DNA of 24,408 nt from IMG/VR virus record IMGVR_UViG_3300035427_000001. One strand, given 5' to 3'. Under the pieces are notes generated by a model. The model was not told the origin of the DNA, did not search any database, and was given only the letters and a program-made list of their open reading frames with translations. The DNA is from an uncultured virus (IMG/VR IMGVR_UViG_3300035427_000001) (taxonomy: Duplodnaviria > Heunggongvirae > Uroviricota > Caudoviricetes). The translations under genes were made by a program, and so were the position numbers. Of the stretch, positions 8,486-16,007 are shown piece by piece. How positions within the stretch are numbered: position 1 is the stretch's first letter; each line of letters starts with the position of its first letter.

Positions 8486-8518
8486 TGCAAATATAAGAAC
8501 TATTTTTTAATCTACAAA
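8486..8518 (-). promoter_or_regulatory. Bacteroidetes sigma promoter (-33/-7)
   Basis: Minus strand TTTG-N19-TATATTTG. Confidence 0.85.
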
Positions 8519-8590
8519 ATTTTTAGAGAATTATTTTCTTAAAAGTTTTAATTAAAGATTCATTCAAATATCGCTTTGTTTTTCTCACAT

Positions 8591-8623
8591 TGCAAAGATA
8601 CGAACTTTATTTTAATCTACAAA
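8591..8623 (-). promoter_or_regulatory. Bacteroidetes sigma promoter (-33/-7), tandem copy
   Basis: Minus strand TTTG-N19-TATCTTTG; spacer nearly identical to that of 8486-8518. Confidence 0.85.
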
Positions 8624-9026
8624 CATTTTCAAAAATAATTTTGAGAAAATGAATAATTTTATTTTCAAAATTATTTTTGTGAAAAATTCATAAAATAGAA
8701 AATATTGTGCACTTAATATTTGCACTTAATTTTGGGGGTTCACAAGGGCAATCTTCACACGCCTTGTAGTGGGCATATATGATATGTATATGGATATTCT
8801 TATATGGCTTATGCCTGTCCTCTTGAGAGTGTATTATATACCTATATATTGATAAGGCCATTAATGGACTAAGGTGATAAAGAATTAAGGCCGATTAGAT
8901 ATATCCCTATTATTGCCCTCTATAAACCTATTAGGTCCTAATTCAATAAGGCCATATAGGGACTATGGTAAGCCTATAGAGATTAGGATAGCCTATAAGG
9001 GCTTACTAAGTTAGCGTAAGTAAAAA

Positions 9027-9051
9027 CCCAGGTACCTAAGTTAGGCCTGGG
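9027..9051 (-). terminator. Rho-independent terminator
   Basis: CCCAGG..CCTAA-G-TTAGG-CCTGGG stem, followed on the minus strand by TTTTTA, after the stop at 9060. Confidence 0.7.
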
Positions 9052-9059
9052 GCAATGTG

Positions 9060-9332
9060 TTAGTATTCGCAAAATTCTCGTTCAAGGTATATATTAAGAT
9101 CCTTGAAAAGTTTAATGCCAGGTATAGGACCATCCTTTTCTTCGTCCCAGGTATAATATTCGATAGTGGTTTGTTCAATACCTTCGATATCGGTAATAGA
9201 TATTACCCAGATTTGGTCCGGGATATAGTATTTAATAAAGCCTTGAGTAATGCCCTGGATGATTCTAGGTCCCAGATTAGAGATACCTGTAATGATGTTA
9301 GTTAGTCGATTTTGTAATTCGTTGAGTTCCAT
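9060..9332 (-). CDS. Small acidic hypothetical protein
   Basis: 90-aa ORF flanked by hairpins. Confidence 0.75.
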   Translation of the reverse strand: MELNELQNRLTNIITGISNLGPRIIQGITQGFIKYYIPDQIWVISITDIEGIEQTTIEYYTWDEEKDGPIPGIKLFKDLNIYLEREFCEY

Positions 9333-9349
9333 ATGTATATAATATAAAC

Positions 9350-9366
9350 GGGGGCTAGATGCCCCC
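9350..9366 (-). terminator. Intergenic GC hairpin (terminator or processing site)
   Basis: GGGGGC-TAGAT-GCCCCC. Confidence 0.55.
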
Positions 9367-9379
9367 TTGGGTTAAGTAA

Positions 9380-9655
9380 TTAATCGAAGTATACCTGAAA
9401 GGTTATATACTCGATGTTGAAGGTAAAATCGGGTTCAATTTCCTCTGGGTCAGGGATTTCGGATGAGAATTCCATAAGGCAATCATCTGTGTTAAGGTAG
9501 ATGGATATTTCCTTAGCTTTCGATTGCATTAGTTCTGGCAATATCAAATCGAATTGTGAAAGTGAATTGGCAATGTAGGATGCCCATGGATAATCCTTAG
9601 CGCAATTTATTAGAGTAAGGATGATGAGGTTTGAAATTTGATTAATTGTTCTCAT
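9380..9655 (-). CDS. Small acidic hypothetical protein
   Basis: 91 aa; acidic C-terminal half (EFSSEIPDPEEIEPDF). Confidence 0.75.
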   Translation of the reverse strand: MRTINQISNLIILTLINCAKDYPWASYIANSLSQFDLILPELMQSKAKEISIYLNTDDCLMEFSSEIPDPEEIEPDFTFNIEYITFQVYFD

Positions 9656-9679
9656 AACGTTTGTATTTAATGTATTAAT

Positions 9680-9705
9680 AGGGGTACCCTGTTATGGATA
9701 CCCCT
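9680..9705 (-). terminator. Intergenic GC hairpin
   Basis: AGGGGTACCC-TGTTAT-GGATACCCCT. Confidence 0.55.
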
Positions 9706-9712
9706 TAGTGAT

Positions 9713-10105
9713 TTAGCAAGTGAAAGGGATTGTTACTGTGTAAAGGTTTTCGAATTCGTTTACCTTAGGTGCCTGACCAAAGCATGCCTCTGGGTCATAG
9801 GCAAAGGTATCCCGTAGGCATTCAAGGCAAGTGATGCCAGCAGTATCATCGTCATCGAAATGTTCTGGGTCATTGATGGTAAAGGTTAATATGTGTACCC
9901 CAGCCTCTTGGTTATCGATAGTTTGGATTGATACTAGAGTTAAGTAATCAGGAATGATCGTGTTCTCCTGTAGTTCCTGTAAGTAAGGCTTAATGAAGTC
10001 TAGCATGCCTGATGGATAAGAAGGATAGGCATCAGGTGCAGCAATTAATGAAAGATTAATACTCTTTGCAAAATTAAAATCAGTTGTTAAAATACTTGTT
10101 TTCAT
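9713..10105 (-). CDS. Acidic hypothetical protein
   Basis: 130 aa with DPEHFDDDD and CLEC; has its own promoter and ATAGAC leader. Confidence 0.8.
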   Translation of the reverse strand: MKTSILTTDFNFAKSINLSLIAAPDAYPSYPSGMLDFIKPYLQELQENTIIPDYLTLVSIQTIDNQEAGVHILTFTINDPEHFDDDDTAGITCLECLRDTFAYDPEACFGQAPKVNEFENLYTVTIPFTC

Positions 10106-10137
10106 ACGTCTATATATTTAATTAGTTATTATTACAA

Positions 10138-10170
10138 TGCAAATATAAATATAATATATTATATATGCAA
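10138..10170 (-). promoter_or_regulatory. Bacteroidetes-type promoter
   Basis: Minus strand TTG-N20-TATATTTGCA. Confidence 0.8.
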
Positions 10171-11038
10171 TAACCTCAATTGCCTTCGTAGGTTATTAAG
10201 GGCCTTGAATTATATTTGCCTTAGTCCTTGAGGCCATGAATGGAGATTGCCATTTACCTTCCCTACCTATAACCTATATTATATAATAATACCTAATGGT
10301 TCTTGGTAATCTAGGTACCCCTAAATCACAAAATTGTCCTAGAATACAAAAGTTAATGCTAATATAAATACTAAGCAAATAAATTACATACTTACTAGGA
10401 ATATTACCTAAATATGCCCCTTGAAGGCCTTAAATCCTATAAACCATTTAGCCCTAAAACCTAACAAATAATTTGCCTTGATTACCAAATCACCTAACCC
10501 CAACCCATATGTATTATATAATACCTAATATAATAACTTGGTGAAGGCAATCAAGGCTAATTAGTGATGGCCATTAATCGACAATGTACTAAAGCTATAC
10601 TACCTACATACATAGAAGCTACATAACATATCTGTATTATATAATCCCCTACCTTCGAATTACCTTGAATGCAATCTATAATATAATACATATAAAGGGT
10701 ACTCAAGGCAATCGGATTTAGAGGCCATTAATGGTCGGATTTATTTGCCTTTTTAGGCCTTTTTGAGTTTGCCTTTAAAGTGTGTAGTAGAGCTATATGG
10801 TATAGTGGCTATATAGTAAGTTGAGTGGCTTTGTATAGTAGAGGGGTTATCACTTGCCTTGTTTGCCTAAATCCCCAAAACCCCCGGCGAGGTACCTTGA
10901 TATATGTATTGGGTATTATTATATTAGTAGATGGTATATTAGTTATAGATGGGATAGGTATTATATTATGTACCTTAGTTAGCGTTAGTATGATTTTGTT
11001 TTGTTTTTGTGTTGGGGAGTGTGGGAGGTACCCGGTAT
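10170..11038. other. Long repeat-rich non-coding region (origin, genome end/packaging signal or ncRNA candidate)
   Basis: No credible ORF; 8 copies of TTGCCTT/AAGGCAA, repeated GGCCATTAAT, inverted repeats, and a switch from C/A-rich to G/T-rich composition. Confidence 0.6.
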
Positions 11039-11181
11039 TTATTCGATTAGGTATACCTGTATGAAGGCATATACTAAAAGGATTATGATTAAATTCTGTA
11101 GATGAATTTCTTTGTTAGGTAGGCTTCTTCATTTAGGATTAGAAGCCAGATCGTTACGATGAGTAGAATTAGTGATTTCAT
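11039..11181 (-). pseudogene. Small membrane protein gene, apparently frameshifted
   Basis: MKSLILLIVTIWLLILNEEAYLTKKFIYRI* stops at 11089, while an overlapping frame continues LIIILLVYAFIQVYLIE* to 11039. Confidence 0.45.
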
Positions 11182-11196
11182 AATTTTTTAGTATTA

Positions 11197-11409
11197 TTAT
11201 ATGTATCTTAGTATAATCCTATATGTATAGGATACCAGGATTAGTGATGAGGTATATAGGGTTAGGATTATTAGCTGTGAGATTATATACCTTATTTTGT
11301 TTGTTGGGTGGGTATGCTTGTGGGCTTGGTATATTTTCTCATTGCGTATGAGGGTTAGAATGGTGCCTACGGATAGGATTATTCGGATTATGTGATAGAG
11401 GATATTCAT
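11197..11409 (-). CDS. Small two-TM membrane protein
   Basis: Two hydrophobic helices; ATGA overlap with the upstream gene. Confidence 0.7.
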   Translation of the reverse strand: MNILYHIIRIILSVGTILTLIRNEKIYQAHKHTHPTNKIRYIISQLIILTLYTSSLILVSYTYRIILRYI

Positions 11410-11573
11410 TTCTTTTTGTTTCTTAGTTTCTGTTGGGTACGGAGTAGCTTATTATACTGGGCTTGGGGATCACTTAGGTATAGAGTGTAATCATTTTTGT
11501 TACTGCCCGGATTAGGGAAGTGTTCTGTCCAAGTATCTTGGTGGGGTATGTATATTAGGTCTTTCTTTTTCAT
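11406..11573 (-). CDS. 55-aa basic hypothetical protein (not in ORF track)
   Basis: MKKKDLIYIPHQDTWTEHFPNPGSNKNDYTLYLSDPQAQYNKLLRTQQKLRNKKK*; ATGA overlaps at both ends. Confidence 0.75.
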   Translation of the reverse strand: MKKKDLIYIPHQDTWTEHFPNPGSNKNDYTLYLSDPQAQYNKLLRTQQKLRNKKK

Positions 11574-11818
11574 GGTAGTGATATTATATCGATTATGGTT
11601 ATATCTCTTAGTGGGATTTGTAACATTTCTCTTATCTGTAATCTTATGTGTTCGGAGTGGAGGTGGTTTTTGTTTATCTCTTGGTTGGGGTACCTTAGGT
11701 ATGGGTTAAGTTCCTCAGTTCTGTATGGGATTACCATTTCCTCTGTGAATCCCTCTGTGTATTCTTTAGTGTGTCCTGGTACCTCGAAAGATACCAGGAA
11801 TTTTCCCTTTGTTAGCAT
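11570..11818 (-). CDS. Hypothetical protein
   Basis: 82 aa, within an overlapping gene chain. Confidence 0.75.
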   Translation of the reverse strand: MLTKGKFLVSFEVPGHTKEYTEGFTEEMVIPYRTEELNPYLRYPNQEINKNHLHSEHIRLQIREMLQIPLRDITIIDIISLP

Positions 11819-12126
11819 GGCTCTAGTTCATTAGTTAGGATTCGGATATCGGTATATTGATTCAGGTATTCTCTTTCTGAGGATATGTCTAAGCATTTAC
11901 ATGCTATGTAGTGACCGTACATTGATATACCGGATTCGTAGCCATCTATGAATGTAAAAACTATCTGAGTGTTTTCTAGTAACCCATTTAGTTGTACATG
12001 AGAAAGGTAGTTATAAATAGCTTCCCTTTGATTTCTTGGGTTTTTATCCCATGAGATGAGCATATCGTCATACCAATTTGGATTATCGCATAGCTTTTTA
12101 AGTTGTTGTTGAATATACGGTGTCAT
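11812..12126 (-). CDS. Hypothetical protein
   Basis: 104 aa, within an overlapping gene chain. Confidence 0.7.
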   Translation of the reverse strand: MTPYIQQQLKKLCDNPNWYDDMLISWDKNPRNQREAIYNYLSHVQLNGLLENTQIVFTFIDGYESGISMYGHYIACKCLDISSEREYLNQYTDIRILTNELEPC

Positions 12127-12416
12127 GATTTGAAGTAATAATATAAGTCCTCGATTAGTTTATCCTGTTCTTCCCATATAGTATCTGATACTACGTATTC
12201 TGATACGAAATAGTTATAGAAAGGCCCAAATAGTATTTTTAATACTATGTCCTTGAGTTCGATATTGAGTTGTTCCTCTTCTTCGGTAGAACTGGGTTTG
12301 ATTGCCTGAAGTTCTGCCTTATAGGATGCCGTTACGGCATCCTTTAGGGTTTGAATATATTCTGGGTTAGTTTCCTTGAGAATACTTAATTGTGATTTGA
12401 GTTCTTTACTTATCAT
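12123..12416 (-). CDS. Acidic helical hypothetical protein
   Basis: 97 aa, within an overlapping gene chain. Confidence 0.75.
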   Translation of the reverse strand: MISKELKSQLSILKETNPEYIQTLKDAVTASYKAELQAIKPSSTEEEEQLNIELKDIVLKILFGPFYNYFVSEYVVSDTIWEEQDKLIEDLYYYFKS

Positions 12417-12768
12417 GGGGCTTAGCGATTACGGATATGAATCCCTGTGGATATTGAGTATAGAATATTTGATAGTTCCCTGTGGGCAAGAAGACTTGCA
12501 TTATGTTTGCAAGTAATGGGTAGATTTTCCATTGGTTTTCCTCTAGAAAGTTATTCCAGTCATCGAATTCTTTTGGATAATTACCTGATAGTTGGATATG
12601 ATACTGTTCTTGGTCAGCAATAAATAAATTAGTTACTACCTGGATTTCGTCTGATTCCTTTTTATATTGAGTGATTGGATACCAGATGCCTTCGGTTTTC
12701 CATTTATTAAGTTGGAACAGAGACATGCCCTGTTCCAGTACGTTGAGTAATTTGTATAAGTTTACCAT
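12406..12768 (-). CDS. Hypothetical protein
   Basis: 120 aa, within an overlapping gene chain. Confidence 0.75.
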   Translation of the reverse strand: MVNLYKLLNVLEQGMSLFQLNKWKTEGIWYPITQYKKESDEIQVVTNLFIADQEQYHIQLSGNYPKEFDDWNNFLEENQWKIYPLLANIMQVFLPTGNYQIFYTQYPQGFISVIAKPHDK

Positions 12769-12773
12769 AGTGA

Positions 12774-13295
12774 TTATTTATTTAGTTGGTTAAATAATTC
12801 TGATACTGCAAGTTGTTGGAAGATTTCTGTTTCCCTGTGGTCTGATTCCCATTTTTCGATAGCATTGTAGATATTGGTATATTGGGATATCATGTCCTCA
12901 TCTTGTTCATCGTCTTGGATAAATTCCCGGAGATGTTTTTTGAGTCCGGTTATGATATAATCCTGATGTTCAGGGATTAATTGAAGAACTCCAAATAGGA
13001 TAGCCTCTACCTGTGAGGGTGAATCATCATAATATTGGTCATCAGCACCCTTTGTTAAGTCCATGTGAGAAATAATGTTTTCCCTGAGATTTTCGAAGAG
13101 AACTTCCTCTGAAGCATATGTGATGATATATCCTGAGATATAAGCAGCAAAAGGTTCATCCTCTAAGTCGATTGAATAAACCTGGATATTGGTAGCTTCC
13201 TTGTTAATGAGAAGACCATCGGAGTAATCATAAGTATAAATGGGGTGGGAAGCAAGCAGTTCCCGGATGGCCTCTAAATTTTTTAATTCTTTCAT
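12774..13295 (-). CDS. Acidic hypothetical protein
   Basis: 173 aa with QDDEQDED; first gene after the promoter at 13336. Confidence 0.8.
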   Translation of the reverse strand: MKELKNLEAIRELLASHPIYTYDYSDGLLINKEATNIQVYSIDLEDEPFAAYISGYIITYASEEVLFENLRENIISHMDLTKGADDQYYDDSPSQVEAILFGVLQLIPEHQDYIITGLKKHLREFIQDDEQDEDMISQYTNIYNAIEKWESDHRETEIFQQLAVSELFNQLNK

Positions 13296-13335
13296 AACGT
13301 GTCTATATTAAAATTATTTGAGAAATATTTCTCAT

Positions 13336-13345
13336 TGCAAATATA
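13336..13345 (-). promoter_or_regulatory. Bacteroidetes -7 promoter element with adjacent palindrome
   Basis: Minus strand TATATTTGCA followed one base later by the palindrome TGAGAAATATTTCTCA (13319-13334). Confidence 0.75.
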
Positions 13346-13402
13346 CAAAATTATTTCTAAACTTGTTTTTATAACTACTTTTATTTTTATAAATAGGGAG
13401 GT

Positions 13403-13431
13403 TCTGGGAGGTGTTTTGAGTGCCTCCCAGA
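13403..13431 (-). terminator. GC hairpin after the gene ending at 13440
   Basis: TCTGGGAGG...CCTCCCAGA. Confidence 0.65.
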
Positions 13432-13439
13432 GGGTTTTG

Positions 13440-13811
13440 TTAATATTGCCCTGTCATAGTAATGATAATGAAAAGGGACTCATCATTGAAATGTACCTGG
13501 ATAGTATCTCCATATGAGTTTGACATGTAATGATGATTAGGGTTAAGTTCTTTTAATGGGTGATGTTCATCCCAATGAGAATTAATGAATTCTATCACGT
13601 ATTGTTCAAAAGCATCGGATTCTCTGCAGTAGGTTTCTACCTTTTCGTCATCGTCTATAGGATACTCCCGGAATTGGAGATTGAGAGTTCCCATGTATGA
13701 TTCATCCGGATTTGAGATTTCGTTAACTGATTGAGCAGTGTAACCAAAAGCATCAAGAGTTCCATCAAAGTAACCCATAATGTGATTTGAGATTTCGTTA
13801 ATAGTTGTCAT
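13440..13811 (-). CDS. Acidic hypothetical protein
   Basis: 123 aa; has its own promoter and downstream hairpin. Confidence 0.8.
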   Translation of the reverse strand: MTTINEISNHIMGYFDGTLDAFGYTAQSVNEISNPDESYMGTLNLQFREYPIDDDEKVETYCRESDAFEQYVIEFINSHWDEHHPLKELNPNHHYMSNSYGDTIQVHFNDESLFIIITMTGQY

Positions 13812-13872
13812 AAGAAATAAGTTTTGTGACCCAGTTCAAGGTCGGTTAATAATTATATTTATTTTTCTCTTA

Positions 13873-13905
13873 TGCAAATATAGAAATAATATTTTAAATA
13901 TGCAA
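13873..13905 (-). promoter_or_regulatory. Bacteroidetes-type promoter
   Basis: Minus strand TTG-N20-TATATTTGCA. Confidence 0.8.
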
Positions 13906-13911
13906 TAATTA

Positions 13912-13945
13912 AGGGAGCCCAGATGTTGGTGTTTCTGAACTCCCT
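13912..13945 (-). terminator. Hairpin after the gene ending at 13979
   Basis: AGGGAG..CAGA...TCTG..CTCCCT, followed on the minus strand by TAATTATT. Confidence 0.55.
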
Positions 13946-13978
13946 GGAGATATATTAACTGGTTAGGGATTAGTATTA

Positions 13979-14353
13979 CTAATCGGCCAATAATGGTTCC
14001 TTGGGCTTATTTAATTTCTCTTTAGAACGTCTTGTAGCCCAATTCTCGTAGGGTTTGTAACTGAAGGTACGTGTTGTTTCATCGTATGCAGCATATACCA
14101 TTTGTTTACGGGATATTCTCCTTCCGTAAGTTTTCTTAAGATTAGCAAACCAATCTAGATACTCCTGTAAAGAGTTAAAGATTTCTTTGTTCCCGTCTAA
14201 ATCATTTTTAGGACGTGTTTTCCATGTTGCTTCTATATAGCATTGGTGTAAAGTGATTGAAATAAAGTATCGGCACCAGCTACCACCAAAGATAGTGCCC
14301 GTGGAGAATTCTATCTCCCGAGCAACTAATGGACTAACGTTATACTTTGTCAT
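13979..14353 (-). CDS. Basic hypothetical protein
   Basis: 124 aa; ATGA overlap with the upstream gene. Confidence 0.75.
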   Translation of the reverse strand: MTKYNVSPLVAREIEFSTGTIFGGSWCRYFISITLHQCYIEATWKTRPKNDLDGNKEIFNSLQEYLDWFANLKKTYGRRISRKQMVYAAYDETTRTFSYKPYENWATRRSKEKLNKPKEPLLAD

Positions 14354-14736
14354 GCGATTGAGAAATTAAGTTGGAAAATCCAGTTGTTTCTATCGAGTTG
14401 ATTGAATGATATGAACCTCCCATCGTTATCGGTAAATTCATTCATGAATTGAACTGCAGCAGATGCTAATTGCCCCTTATAGGGATTAGTATCGGCAGTT
14501 ATTATTGATTCGAAAATGAAAGAATAATAGGTAGTATCATAGATTTGTACCTGATTAATATCCAAGCAATTGAGTTTGTAATCATCCTCTAGTTTGATTA
14601 AGAGTCCCATTAGGAAATTAAGAAGACTACCCTGTTCATCAGAGTCAAGTTCAAATGTAGATTTCTTTTCTAAGAAATTGCGAACTACCTTAGTTAGTTC
14701 GTCTGCTTGATTGTAAGTTACTGAGTTCGTTTTCAT
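14350..14736 (-). CDS. Acidic hypothetical protein
   Basis: Start refined to MKTNSVT (14736), because the longer ORF overlaps the promoter. Confidence 0.8.
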   Translation of the reverse strand: MKTNSVTYNQADELTKVVRNFLEKKSTFELDSDEQGSLLNFLMGLLIKLEDDYKLNCLDINQVQIYDTTYYSFIFESIITADTNPYKGQLASAAVQFMNEFTDNDGRFISFNQLDRNNWIFQLNFSIA

Positions 14737-14761
14737 ATTTTTGTCTATTTTAAAATTGATA

Positions 14762-14771
14762 TGCAAATATA
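14762..14771 (-). promoter_or_regulatory. Bacteroidetes -7 promoter element
   Basis: Minus strand TATATTTGCA; part of a ~40-bp repeat shared with 16856-16897. Confidence 0.75.
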
Positions 14772-14841
14772 AGCATTTTTATTTTTATAGAAAAATATAT
14801 CTAATTTATTTTTAGGGAGGCTGAGGATGTGTATACGCTAT

Positions 14842-14868
14842 GAAAGGCAGTGGATTAGACTGCCTTTC
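14842..14868 (-). terminator. 10-bp stem hairpin after the gene ending at 14874
   Basis: GAAAGGCAGT-GGATTAG-ACTGCCTTTC. Confidence 0.65.
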
Positions 14869-14873
14869 GATTA

Positions 14874-15395
14874 TTAAGGTAATTGGGGAGTTAGCAAATA
14901 TAGAGCCTCTCTTATAATTGAACTCTCCATAGGTTCTAAAGAGGGTTCCTTGTTCATTAGTCCACCTTTCTTCTTTTCGTTTTCAAATACTTCATGTATG
15001 GCTTGCTTTATTTTAGTAGCTAATACCCCTGATAACTCCTGAGATTTAAGAGAGATAAGTAACCCATTCCGTATTTCCCTAATATCCTGGTCATTTTCAG
15101 TGATGGGTTTTACTTCTACTAATTCTTGTATACCCGAGGAATATTCATCTAACCGTTCATATCCCAAATGTTGTAGGTCATTAATGAAGATACTGAATTC
15201 ATCGTAAGTAAGTCTAGTATCAAAACCTACTCCATGATATAGTTGTACTAAAGGAGTAAGGATTCTTCTTAGTGTATTGAAATCCTTTAGATGGTCTAAT
15301 TCTATCTCTGACCTAATTGGTACTTTATATACCTTTTCACCCTTCAGTACTACTAACAGAACCATTAGTCTTGGTGGTAGTCTTTTCTCGTTCAT
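14874..15395 (-). CDS. Hypothetical protein
   Basis: MNEKRLPP start; 173 aa. Confidence 0.75.
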   Translation of the reverse strand: MNEKRLPPRLMVLLVVLKGEKVYKVPIRSEIELDHLKDFNTLRRILTPLVQLYHGVGFDTRLTYDEFSIFINDLQHLGYERLDEYSSGIQELVEVKPITENDQDIREIRNGLLISLKSQELSGVLATKIKQAIHEVFENEKKKGGLMNKEPSLEPMESSIIREALYLLTPQLP

Positions 15396-15708
15396 AAGCA
15401 AGTTTTTGTATTATGAGTTGTACATAGGTATTCCTTTCCTTATAGATGAACATTACCGAGAGAAGTATCTCATGTTTCGGTAATATCATCTGTATGAAAT
15501 TGCCTGGAGCAATCACTGTAGCTACTACTGGAGAATCTTCCTGAGAGAAATTCTCCAGTATCATTTCTGCCCTCTTAATTGGTTCTGGCTTTGTTGGGTC
15601 CAAAGTTAGGACTGGAGCAGTTATACATTCCTTGATGCCCTGTGTTAAGGCATTATATAACCATTCATCTTTTATATCCTCTACTTGGAGGTTTTTCATT
15701 GTAATCAT
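15337..15708 (-). CDS. Hypothetical protein
   Basis: 123 aa; ATGA overlap with the upstream gene. Confidence 0.75.
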   Translation of the reverse strand: MITMKNLQVEDIKDEWLYNALTQGIKECITAPVLTLDPTKPEPIKRAEMILENFSQEDSPVVATVIAPGNFIQMILPKHEILLSVMFIYKERNTYVQLIIQKLAYEREKTTTKTNGSVSSTEG

Positions 15709-16007
15709 ATCCTAAACCTATTTAAAGTCCATACACCCAGGATATTAGAGAATATCCATAGTTCCCAGTTTTTGTAAAAGTTATAGGGTTTACTGAATTG
15801 AGATGTTTGAAATATTATCTGATTTGGTGTTCTAGATAACATTTCTGCATGGCAAGTTAATACTCCAGAAGATAATTGAGCTTTAAAAGCTTTAATAATA
15901 TCTTCATCACTTTTAGTCTCTAATGAGGTAAGCAATTTAATAAATTCTACCTCTACACCTTGAGACATGTTTACATTTCTGAAGGCAAACTTTTCTTTAT
16001 TTTCCAT
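15705..16007 (-). CDS. Hypothetical protein
   Basis: MENKEKF start; 100 aa. Confidence 0.75.
   Translation of the reverse strand: MENKEKFAFRNVNMSQGVEVEFIKLLTSLETKSDEDIIKAFKAQLSSGVLTCHAEMLSRTPNQIIFQTSQFSKPYNFYKNWELWIFSNILGVWTLNRFRI

Noticed and set aside
10170..11038. Possible CRISPR array or tRNA cluster
   Set aside because: Repeats are only 7-17 nt, irregularly spaced and in both orientations; no cas genes and no cloverleaf or T-arm signature seen
10825..11064. 79-aa + strand ORF
   Set aside because: GTG start and low-complexity I/L/V/G content from G/T skew; no translation-start context
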